From Candidatus Latescibacterota bacterium (GTDB lineage: Bacteria; Latescibacterota; UBA2968), in the NCBI GenBank assembly GCA_965232265.1, contig CBDDPH010000002.1:1176290-1240289 (forward strand): DNA of 64,000 nucleotides. Direction: 5' to 3'. Shown here in pieces: positions 51,826 to 60,526 of the stretch. Both the position numbers and the translations under genes were made by a program. Under the pieces are notes generated by a model. The model had not been told where the DNA came from. It saw nothing but the letters and a program-made list of their open reading frames with translations, and did no database searches. Positions within the stretch are counted from its first letter, which is position 1. Each line of letters starts with the position of its first letter.

Positions 51826-51871
51826 ACTTTTTTTATTTCTACGCCAATACTTCCGAAAACTTTCCCCCTTC

Positions 51872-52633
51872 CTATGGGCTAGCGGGAACGAAACGAGGGA
51901 GATTTGTGCTCGGGTACCATGTATCCCCGTCATGGATTAACGGCTCTATGCCTGCAATACCGCTTTCATCTATAGCTTTAATCGGAAAACCTGCTTTTTG
52001 CTCTTCCTTTTTTCGTGCGCTTAAGACACACAGATCGCATAGTTGTAGCATCAGACTCTTTGAAGATTCAATAAAGAACCCCTTTTCTATAACGTGGTCG
52101 AGTTGCAGCGCCCCCCCTTCACGCAGCATGCGGATTGACTCCTCGACATCGTAAATCACCTCTTTGTTCTCGTCCGAAATAAAAATGCCCAACTCTTGGC
52201 CTGGAAGGTCTTGTAAATAGTGATTAATAATCTGGGCTACCAGCCTAAAGACCATGACATGTGGATTGATCGGCCTATTTGATCCAAAAGATCGTAGCCA
52301 ATTCTTAAAGTGACTTTTGACAACAGCCCTGTATATGAGTTTTAGATTATGGCGGCGTGCAATGTCAAACCAGGTGTCGCGCAGGGCTACGCGATCACTA
52401 ATACTCATACCATCAAAGTCTTTTCTCCCTGAACGAATATCTGTACCGTGAATCTCAAAGTTGTCTCGTCGGGGAGGCGGAAAGTGGTCATCTATCACAT
52501 TCTGCAACTCCTGCTCGATATTGGTCCAAATATGATCTGGAATGATCAGTGCAGCCAATACAAAAATGGGTTGTTGTGTATCGTCTAAATTGTTGCCGGT
52601 ATTACCAGATTCATCAAAATAAATGAGATGCAT
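51872..52633 (-). CDS. DUF3800 domain protein
   Basis: N-terminal IYFDESGN, EIHG, ISDE, C-terminal QLCD (QxxD) pattern. Confidence 0.85.
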   Translation of the reverse strand: MHLIYFDESGNTGNNLDDTQQPIFVLAALIIPDHIWTNIEQELQNVIDDHFPPPRRDNFEIHGTDIRSGRKDFDGMSISDRVALRDTWFDIARRHNLKLIYRAVVKSHFKNWLRSFGSNRPINPHVMVFRLVAQIINHYLQDLPGQELGIFISDENKEVIYDVEESIRMLREGGALQLDHVIEKGFFIESSKSLMLQLCDLCVLSARKKEEQKAGFPIKAIDESGIAGIEPLIHDGDTWYPSTNLPRFVPASP

Positions 52634-52699
52634 ATCAAATAGTGCCCTATTGTCTTCAGAGATTTGGGTGATCACATAGACAAAGTAATTTGGACGACT

Positions 52700-52735
52700 A
52701 TTTAGAAACATACCATTAAATCAATACAGTGTCAA
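52700..52735 (-). promoter_or_regulatory. Sigma70 promoter for DUF3800 (possibly also cas), overlapped by the mini-CRISPR target
   Basis: TTGACA(52735-52730)-17 nt-TATGTT(52712-52707) with TGn extension; PAM TTA at 52719-52717; protospacer 52716-52700. Confidence 0.85.
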
Positions 52736-53720
52736 CCCGTTTTTTTTTCTGCTCATACATCCTCCCCGCCGCGATCATATCCTTTGCGATGACCTGTCGC
52801 AACGCCTCTGGTTCTATCACCTCGCAATCTGCGCCCCAGCCTCTGATCCACGGTTTCATCTCCAGCGTGTGGCTCACGGTTAAGGTCATGAGACAGCCGC
52901 CGTCTGGCAGGTCGTCAATGGCATCGACGCAGGGCCAGTCCGATTCCCGCACGCGGTATGCCACATTGGGCGAAAAGCGGAGTTTGACGACAATGCGCTC
53001 ATCGCCCCCCATCACGCCCCATGCTTGCGTGAGATAATCGTAGGGATCGAAATGGTCTCGGATCTGATAGGACGAGTCGAGGATTTTGACCTGCTGCACG
53101 CGCTCGATTTTGAACTCTCGGATGTCGCGGCGCAGATGGTCATACCCAATCACATAACAGGCATATCCCACGGGCGACGGCTCGATAAAATAGGGGTCAA
53201 AGACGCGCCTGGTGGTTTCATCGGTGTATGGATTGTAATACGTCAAACGCACCTGTTTGCGTTCAGACCACGCGCGGGTAAAGGTCTCCAAAATGCGGAT
53301 GTACTCGCGATGCGGTCTGCGCTTGCGCGTGGCTTCGGCGGTTCGGGCGATGTGTTGACCGATTGATTCGGGGAGTGCGCTGGCGAGTTTTTCAAGTGCC
53401 GAGACGACATGGGGATTGTGTTTGTCGCTGTGTGCTGAGAGCAGCCGGGCTGAGAGATACAGTGCGAGGGACTCGTGCAGATTTACGCGCACAGATGTGA
53501 TATAGCGGTCTTTGTGCATGCCGAATCTGCCATTGCGTTCCCAGATGGGCACGTTGAGCTTGGAAAGGGAGTCGATATCGCGATAGATGGTGCTGCGGTG
53601 ACAGCGCAGTTTTTTGCCCAATTCCAAAGCTGTAAGTCCCTGAGCAGATTGAAACAGGATGCGACCCAGTTCAATGAGTCGCTCTGAACGCTTAAATTGT
53701 TGTGTATTGTTATTTGGCAT
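52716..53720 (-). CDS. HTH-WYL-WCX transcriptional regulator
   Basis: HTH (ELGKKLRCHRSTIYRDI), WYL (R.FDPY, YVIG, IREFKIER), WCX (WIRGWGADCEVIEP). Confidence 0.92.
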   Translation of the reverse strand: MPNNNTQQFKRSERLIELGRILFQSAQGLTALELGKKLRCHRSTIYRDIDSLSKLNVPIWERNGRFGMHKDRYITSVRVNLHESLALYLSARLLSAHSDKHNPHVVSALEKLASALPESIGQHIARTAEATRKRRPHREYIRILETFTRAWSERKQVRLTYYNPYTDETTRRVFDPYFIEPSPVGYACYVIGYDHLRRDIREFKIERVQQVKILDSSYQIRDHFDPYDYLTQAWGVMGGDERIVVKLRFSPNVAYRVRESDWPCVDAIDDLPDGGCLMTLTVSHTLEMKPWIRGWGADCEVIEPEALRQVIAKDMIAAGRMYEQKKKRVDTVLI

Positions 53721-54110
53721 AGTGGTCTCCGCAGATAGTATAATGGGGGTGTGTTCCACATGTTGCGACAGATTTTAAAAAATATGATCGCAATTTTATT
53801 TTACCCAAAAAAAATAAAGCCGAGGGGATGTGTTTATCCCACCGGCTAATAAGTTCAGAGATTGAAAGGTTGAGTACTACCAAAGGGCAAGAGCTATGGG
53901 ATGACGGAACATATATGCACAGCGCGCTATTCCGTCAACCGCTGTTCTTTTAGTTTGCATCTAACTTTGAAGGCCACAACCTGGCGTCCATCCACCTGAG
54001 CATTTTGCGCTGTGCAAGCCCCCCGCAGGGGCGCCCTTTTTTTGCTTCATTTTTTTGGGCGCGCAAAAAAATGAAGTCGCCGAAGGCATGAAAAAAAATA
54101 ATAAAAAACT

Positions 54111-54404
54111 TTATACGTCATTCCAATTCGAGGTGGTTAGAGAGCGATGGGTCATGCCTACGATTTTACCAGTATGGTCATTGATTTCAACGACTTTGAA
54201 CGAACGATTCTTCCAGTCTTTTCCCCCGAGGTTGGCTGCTAGGCTCCGCCGTTCCCAGGGGCGAGAGAACCCTATGGTTATTTTCCAGGCATTTGCTGTT
54301 TCGTCGAATACTACCTCTTCAAGTCCTAAGTCCTGAACTTCCTCGTCGGCAAACAGTTCGGTTATGTATTTGTTCGCCGTCCGCACGGCTTCTTTTACGT
54401 TCAT
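54111..54404 (-). CDS. Small hypothetical protein
   Basis: GGAGG RBS; LGLEEV...WKITIGFSRPW...KVVEI. Confidence 0.7.
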   Translation of the reverse strand: MNVKEAVRTANKYITELFADEEVQDLGLEEVVFDETANAWKITIGFSRPWERRSLAANLGGKDWKNRSFKVVEINDHTGKIVGMTHRSLTTSNWNDV

Positions 54405-54502
54405 TTACGCCTCCATACAGTCTTATCATTTTCTTTTACATTAAATTTTCAAAAAAGTAACCAATTCAGGCTGCTAAGAAAAGCGTTTCTATGACAAAAA
54501 AA

Positions 54503-55492
54503 TTAAAAAAGTGAGAGTTGGACGGGGTCTTGTTCTGGGGTGGGTTGTCTGGCAGGTCTCTCATCGGGATAGCACACGGCTTTGAAGGGGCAGGTGGTAC
54601 ACAGGTGGGTATTGGTCGTCATTGGGAAGGTGTCTTGCGAAGCGGTGTTTTGCTCGGGATCGTCGAGAAGCGCACGCATTTTCTGGACGCTCTCGGTGAC
54701 AAAGATACGGGTCTGGTCGAGGTCGTCGGGCGAAAGTTCCAGAGTGCGTTCGGCGTTGGTTTGCAGGTAGATGTCCTGGAGTTGCAGGTCGGATAATGCC
54801 ACGCCCCACTGCGAGGTGGCGTACAGGGCGTACACCGCGAGTTGGTGGCGGTCGGCCTGGCGTTCGCGCCCGGTTTTCCAGTCGAAGACAGAGACCGATT
54901 GGGCGCGGCGAATTGCCACGTCGAGCACGACCCAGATTTTGGTACTGACTTGACCCGAGTCAGCACATGCATTGGCAAGGGTAAAATCTGAGAGTTTTTC
55001 GATGGTGAGATAGTCTTCGGGACGGGCAGCTTGCAGGGTGGCGTAGGCATCGGAGGCAAAAAAACCATTGAGGCTTGTGGAGATGTGATTGGTGGAAGCG
55101 ATCTGGTCGGTTTCTGTAAAGGGTTCGTTGTAATAGTGTTCAAACAGATTGGTGTATTGAGAGGCCGAATAGCGCCAGAGGCGATCTCGGGAGGCTTGCA
55201 GGTGTTGGTGGAATAAATTTTGCGCGTAGGTCTCAACGGCAAAGGGGAGAATATTGCGTCCCAATTTCAGGGCATTGAGCGCGTTGCTGATGGCGTCGTG
55301 AACCACGGTACCGACGAGTTGCGGTACTGTGGTTATTTTTTTCAGGCGGTAGAGCAGTTGGGCCTGCGCGTCTGCGCCTTTGTCCCAGCCGCCCCAACTG
55401 CCGTAGTAGTTGAAGTAGTATTGTCGCTTGCACGATTCAAACATGCGATGGCGCGATGGCGACCAGGAAAATTCGTTTTGGAAATTGGACAT
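54503..55492 (-). CDS. PD-(D/E)XK nuclease (AddB/Cas4-like, 4-Cys) carrying a 9-aa insert
   Basis: WSPS..ESCKRQYY, LD..FDWKTG, QLAVY, CTTCPFKAVC. Confidence 0.85.
   Translation of the reverse strand: MSNFQNEFSWSPSRHRMFESCKRQYYFNYYGSWGGWDKGADAQAQLLYRLKKITTVPQLVGTVVHDAISNALNALKLGRNILPFAVETYAQNLFHQHLQASRDRLWRYSASQYTNLFEHYYNEPFTETDQIASTNHISTSLNGFFASDAYATLQAARPEDYLTIEKLSDFTLANACADSGQVSTKIWVVLDVAIRRAQSVSVFDWKTGRERQADRHQLAVYALYATSQWGVALSDLQLQDIYLQTNAERTLELSPDDLDQTRIFVTESVQKMRALLDDPEQNTASQDTFPMTTNTHLCTTCPFKAVCYPDERPARQPTPEQDPVQLSLF
54944..54970 (-). repeat. 27-nt hairpin element in frame (ACADSGQVS)
   Basis: GCATGTGCTGACTCGGGTCAAGTCAGT; stem GCTGACT/AGTCAGT. Confidence 0.7.
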
Positions 55493-55495
55493 GTT

Positions 55496-56770
55496 TCAAT
55501 AAAGCGCGTTCAAGACCTCAAAATACGTCGGAAATGTTTTGTTGACGCAGTCGGGATCGTTTATGACAATGCCGGGGCTTTTTAGTCCGATCAGCGACAG
55601 GCTCATCGCCATGCGGTGGTCGTCGTACGTGTCGAGTGCCGCGGGTTGAATGTGGTCTGCGGGATAGACTGTGAGGCCATCGGCGCGGGTGTCAACGCGT
55701 ACGCCGAGCTTGTTCAATTCGGTTTTGAGGGCGGCGATGCGGTCGGTTTCGTGGAGGCGGAGGACTGCGACATTGCGTACGCCGATTGGCGCAGACGCAT
55801 AAGGAGCCAAGGCGCACAGGGTTGGCACGATGTCGGGCGTGGCGTTCATGTCGATGTCGAGGCCCGACAGGTGGCCTGTTCCGCGCACTTCAATGCCTTC
55901 GGGGTCTTTGTTTACCTCACAGCCCATTTGGGAGAGGATATCGACAAAGCCGATGTCGCCCTGAATGGATTGCGCCGTTAAATTGGGTACGCGCACGCGA
56001 CCCCCTGTGAGTGCGGCTGCGGCAAAAAAATAAGAGGCGTTGGATGCATCGGGTTCGATCTGGTAGGTGCGGGCATGATAGCGCTGGCCCGCGCGCACGG
56101 TGAAAGAGCGGTAGTTACGATTGGTGACTTCAATGCCGAAGTCGCGCATGACGGCCATGGTGAGGTCGATATACGGCTTGGATACGAGGTCGCCTTTGAC
56201 ATAGATTTCGACATCACTTTGGGCATAGGAAGCCACCTGGAGCAGAGCCGTGAAATACTGGCTGCTTTTGCTGCCGTTCATGGTGGTGCGACCGCCTTTG
56301 AGGCCAGAGGCGAGGATGAGCGCGGGGGGGCATAGCCCGTCTTTGCCTTCACAACGCGCGGTTACGCCGAGGGGGGTGAGGCCGTCGAGGAGGTCCTGGA
56401 TGGGGCGCTCGCGCATCCGCTGGACGCCATCTATGGTATAGGTTCCCGTGCCCAAGCCGAGATATGCCGCGAGAAAGCGCGCTGAGGTGCCCGAGTTCCC
56501 AATGTGGAGTTCTGCGCGCTCAGCGGGAATAAGCCCACCTGTGCCATACACGCGAAATGCGTCATCTGATTCATCTACGCGAATGCCCAGATCGCGCAGG
56601 GCATTTGCCATATACCGCGTGTCGTCGCTCATGAGTGCGTTGTTGAGATGGCTAACGCCATCTGCAAGCGCGGCAATCAGCAGAACGCGGTTGGTGATGC
56701 TTTTAGAACCGGGGATCGCGACATCGGCATCGACTGGGGCTGTCAGGGGTTGGATTTCAAGCGTTTTCAT
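55496..56770 (-). CDS. aroA: EPSP synthase
   Basis: PGSKSITNR, GNSGTSARF, SSQYF, ETDR, DHRMAM. Confidence 0.97.
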   Translation of the reverse strand: MKTLEIQPLTAPVDADVAIPGSKSITNRVLLIAALADGVSHLNNALMSDDTRYMANALRDLGIRVDESDDAFRVYGTGGLIPAERAELHIGNSGTSARFLAAYLGLGTGTYTIDGVQRMRERPIQDLLDGLTPLGVTARCEGKDGLCPPALILASGLKGGRTTMNGSKSSQYFTALLQVASYAQSDVEIYVKGDLVSKPYIDLTMAVMRDFGIEVTNRNYRSFTVRAGQRYHARTYQIEPDASNASYFFAAAALTGGRVRVPNLTAQSIQGDIGFVDILSQMGCEVNKDPEGIEVRGTGHLSGLDIDMNATPDIVPTLCALAPYASAPIGVRNVAVLRLHETDRIAALKTELNKLGVRVDTRADGLTVYPADHIQPAALDTYDDHRMAMSLSLIGLKSPGIVINDPDCVNKTFPTYFEVLNALY

Positions 56771-56939
56771 CTGAGAAAGATAGCGCAGAACATGGCAACT
56801 GTCAATCTATCGCTTGATTTTTCCAAATCCTGGTTTTAGATTAGAAATCGCAAACTTCTCTCCCATTTTTTTCTACCTTCAGTTTCTTTTTTCTTCGAGA
56901 TGCCCCTCCCCCAACATCTCCATTTACGGGAGCGTGTTG

Positions 56940-59900
56940 ATGAAATCCTCTGACTTTGTCCATTTGCACAGCCACACCATGTACAGCCTGCTCGATGGCG
57001 CGTCCAAAATAGAAGATATTGCCCAAATAGCCGCCGAATGGGGCATGCCTGCGGTTGCAATGACCGATCACGGCAATCTCTTTGGCGCCATTGATTTTTA
57101 TCGCGCGATGAGAGATGTGGATGTCAATCCGATTATTGGGTGCGAAGTGTATTGCGCGCTCGGAAGTCGATTTGACAGAAAATCTGCGCCGGGTCTTCAG
57201 AGCAATTCAAACCATCTGGTTTTGCTGGTGAAAAATTATACGGGCTATAAAAATTTGATCAAGCTGGTATCTGCCGGGTATCTCGAGGGCTTTTATTACA
57301 ATCCGCGCATAGACAAAGACTTGCTGCGCCAGCATTCGGAAGGGCTGATTTGCCTATCGGCGTGCGTCGGGGGCGAGATCCCCTATTTGATCGAACGCGA
57401 GGGATACAAGGCGGCGCAAAAGGCCGTGGAGACGTATCTCGATATTTTCGGCGATGACTATTATCTGGAGATTCAGCGGCACGGCATTGACAAAGAAAAA
57501 ACGATCAATCCCGGATTGGTCAAGCTACACGAGGAGATGGGCGTGCCCCTGGTGGCGACGAATGATTCGCATTTTACGCGCGCCGACGACCACGAAGCGC
57601 ATGCGGCTCTGGTCGCTATTCAGACGGGCAAGACATTGGACGATCCCAAGCGCATGTGTTATCCCGAAGGCGTGTATTTTAAGTCGGCAGAGGAGATGTA
57701 CGAGCTGTTTCGGGATATGCCGCACGTTTTGGAACCCACGCTCGAGATCGCCGAAAAATGCAATCTCGAGATTGCATTTGACGAATATCACGCGCCCGAT
57801 TTTCCCTTGCCAGAGCGGTATGATGCGGCCAGCGATTATCTGGGCGATCTGGCGCGTGCGGGCATGGAGGCGCGGTGCAAGCAGGTGACTGCCGAGCACG
57901 AGGAACGCCTGGCATTTGAGTTGGGCGTGATCGATCAGACGGGATATCCGGGCTATTTTTTAATTTTGCACGATGTGATGCAATTTTCCAATGCCTCGGA
58001 TATCCGCGCAGGCGCGCGCGGGTCTGCGGTGAGCAGCCTGGTGGCTTACGCACTGGGGATCACGGCTGTGGATCCCATTGAATACGGGCTGGTCTTCGAG
58101 CGGTTTTTGAATCCCGAACGCATCTCGCCGCCCGATATCGATCTCGATATCGCCGACCGCGACCGCGAGCAGATCATCGATTACGTGGTGCAAAAATACG
58201 GGCGCGACAATGTGTGTCAGGTCATTACGTTTGGCACAATGGGCGCGAAGGGCGTGATCCGCGATGTGGGGCGGGTGTTGGACCGGCCATTTGCAGATGT
58301 CGATAGAATTTCAAAACTGGTCCCCGCCGAATTGAAGATGACGCTCGATAAAGCACTCGATCAGGTGCCCGAGTTGCGTCAGATTGCGGAAGATGGGGAC
58401 ATGGGGCAAAAGATGATCGGCATGGGTAAGCAACTCGAAGGGCTGGCGCGCCATGCGTCGATTCACGCGGCTGCGGTGGTGATTACGCCCGAGCCTGTGA
58501 CCGAGTTTATGCCCGTCTATAAAGCGCCCAAAGGCGGCGAGGTGATGACGCAGTACAATATGCACCACGTGGAAGACCTGGGCTTTTTGAAGATGGATTT
58601 TTTGGGCATTCGCAATCTGACGGTGATTGACGATGCGGTGAAGATGGTGAAGGAAAATTACGGCGTGGATGTGGATGTGGATAATTTGCCCTTGGACGAT
58701 GAGGCGACCTATCGCCTGTTTGGCCGAGGCGATACGACCGGGATATTCCAGTTTGAGAGCGCGGGGATGAAAGGCCATTTGCAACAATTGCAGCCGGATA
58801 CGATTGGCGATATTATTGCGATGAACGCGCTGTATCGCCCGGGACCGATGCAGTATATTCCCAATTACATCGACCGCAAGCACGGGCGGGAAGACGTGAG
58901 CTATGACGACGAGAAAATGCGCCCGGCGCTGGAGGAGACGTACGGCATTATTACTTACCAAGAGCAAGTGCAACGCCTGTGCCGCGACCTGGCCGGATTT
59001 ACACTTGCCAAAGCCGATGGTATCCGCAAAGCCATGGGCAAGAAGTTGGCCGATGTGATGGAACAGTATCGGCTCGAATTTTTAGAGGGCGCCAGTGCCA
59101 ATGGCGTGGAAAAAGACGTTGCAAAAAAAATATGGAAAGACATCGAGGTTTTCTCGGGTTATGGGTTCAACAAGGCGCACAGTGCGGGCTATTCGATGGT
59201 GGCTTACCAGTGCGCGTATCTCAAGGCGCATTATCCGGCTGAATTTATGGCGGCAAATCTCAACAGCGAAATTGGCAACATAGATCGTCTGGTCGTTCTG
59301 GTCGAAGAATGCCGCCGGATGGGTCTGGACGTATTGCCGCCGGATGTGAATGAAGGGCAGGTCGATTTTATGGCTGCCAAAGATGAGATTCGCATGGGTA
59401 TGGCTGCCATTCGCAATGTGGGGCGCAGCGCGGCTCAAGCGATTGTTGCATCGCGTGAAGATGGCCCTTTTGAGTCGCTATTTGATTTTTGCAACCGCGT
59501 GGATTCTCAGGCTGTGAACCGGCGGGGTATCGAAAGTCTGATTAAAGCCGGGGCTTATGATTGCGTGCCGGGGCATCGCGCGCAGTTGCTCGAAGCCTTA
59601 GATCACGCCCTGGAGATGGCGCAATCTGTGCAGACGGATCGCGCGCGCGGGCAGATTTCCATGTTTGAAATGGCCGAGATGCAAACGCAAGTGGTGAACG
59701 ACCAATCGTTGCCCGAAGTTGAGGAATGGAACGAGCGCGAACGCCTCGCTTGCGAAAAAGATATGCTGGGCTTTTATCTTTCGGGGCATCCGCTGGAACG
59801 CTACAGAACCGATTTGGTGGAAATGGGGATGCGATCGGTAAATGATCTGGCGGATTTGCCCGATGGTGCCGAGGTGAAGATTGGGGGCGTGTTGGCCGAG

Positions 59901-60437
59901 GTCAAACCGCATACGACACGCGATGGTAAGCCCATGGCTTTTGGCGCGCTGGAAGATTTGAGCGGCACGGTTGATCTCGTGGTGTTTTCCGATCATTTTG
60001 AAAAATTGCGCGAACAATTATTGGTCGATGAAATGGTGGTTTTGCAAGGTCGGTTTTCCGCGCGCAATGGGCGGTCTTCGGTGCAGGTTGAAAATGTGAT
60101 GCCCATCGAGCAGGCGCGCGAGCAACTGGCCGATACCGTCAATGTGATGTTGCCGGGCGAGTTGATTCGGATGGAGCCGCTCAAATCGCTGCATACCTTG
60201 TGTCTGAAACATCCGGGCAACTGTCAGTTGCGATTGCATCTAAAATTGGAGCGCGACCATGTCGTCCTGTCCCGCCAAGTTCAGGTGTTGCCTTCTGATG
60301 CCCTGTTGCACGAGATTGCCGAACTCACGGGCGGCAGGGCCAATGCATGGGTATCAACCGAGGCGGGACGCGCCCGACGCACGGCGAGACGCCAACCCGA
60401 TGACAGGGTCTTCGAGGGGGGGGTTGTCACGGCGTGA
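56940..60437 (+). CDS. dnaE: DNA polymerase III alpha subunit
   Basis: HLHSHTMYSLLDG, PPDIDLD, KMDFLG, GFNKAHS; ATG at 56940. Confidence 0.97.
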   Translation: MKSSDFVHLHSHTMYSLLDGASKIEDIAQIAAEWGMPAVAMTDHGNLFGAIDFYRAMRDVDVNPIIGCEVYCALGSRFDRKSAPGLQSNSNHLVLLVKNYTGYKNLIKLVSAGYLEGFYYNPRIDKDLLRQHSEGLICLSACVGGEIPYLIEREGYKAAQKAVETYLDIFGDDYYLEIQRHGIDKEKTINPGLVKLHEEMGVPLVATNDSHFTRADDHEAHAALVAIQTGKTLDDPKRMCYPEGVYFKSAEEMYELFRDMPHVLEPTLEIAEKCNLEIAFDEYHAPDFPLPERYDAASDYLGDLARAGMEARCKQVTAEHEERLAFELGVIDQTGYPGYFLILHDVMQFSNASDIRAGARGSAVSSLVAYALGITAVDPIEYGLVFERFLNPERISPPDIDLDIADRDREQIIDYVVQKYGRDNVCQVITFGTMGAKGVIRDVGRVLDRPFADVDRISKLVPAELKMTLDKALDQVPELRQIAEDGDMGQKMIGMGKQLEGLARHASIHAAAVVITPEPVTEFMPVYKAPKGGEVMTQYNMHHVEDLGFLKMDFLGIRNLTVIDDAVKMVKENYGVDVDVDNLPLDDEATYRLFGRGDTTGIFQFESAGMKGHLQQLQPDTIGDIIAMNALYRPGPMQYIPNYIDRKHGREDVSYDDEKMRPALEETYGIITYQEQVQRLCRDLAGFTLAKADGIRKAMGKKLADVMEQYRLEFLEGASANGVEKDVAKKIWKDIEVFSGYGFNKAHSAGYSMVAYQCAYLKAHYPAEFMAANLNSEIGNIDRLVVLVEECRRMGLDVLPPDVNEGQVDFMAAKDEIRMGMAAIRNVGRSAAQAIVASREDGPFESLFDFCNRVDSQAVNRRGIESLIKAGAYDCVPGHRAQLLEALDHALEMAQSVQTDRARGQISMFEMAEMQTQVVNDQSLPEVEEWNERERLACEKDMLGFYLSGHPLERYRTDLVEMGMRSVNDLADLPDGAEVKIGGVLAEVKPHTTRDGKPMAFGALEDLSGTVDLVVFSDHFEKLREQLLVDEMVVLQGRFSARNGRSSVQVENVMPIEQAREQLADTVNVMLPGELIRMEPLKSLHTLCLKHPGNCQLRLHLKLERDHVVLSRQVQVLPSDALLHEIAELTGGRANAWVSTEAGRARRTARRQPDDRVFEGGVVTA

Positions 60438-60526
60438 TGAGAAGCATCCGCAGAATGAAGGCGAGTAATGAACTGCTGGTGCAGTTGTACACTGCCCGTG
60501 GATTTCACATCTCACGTCTCACACCT

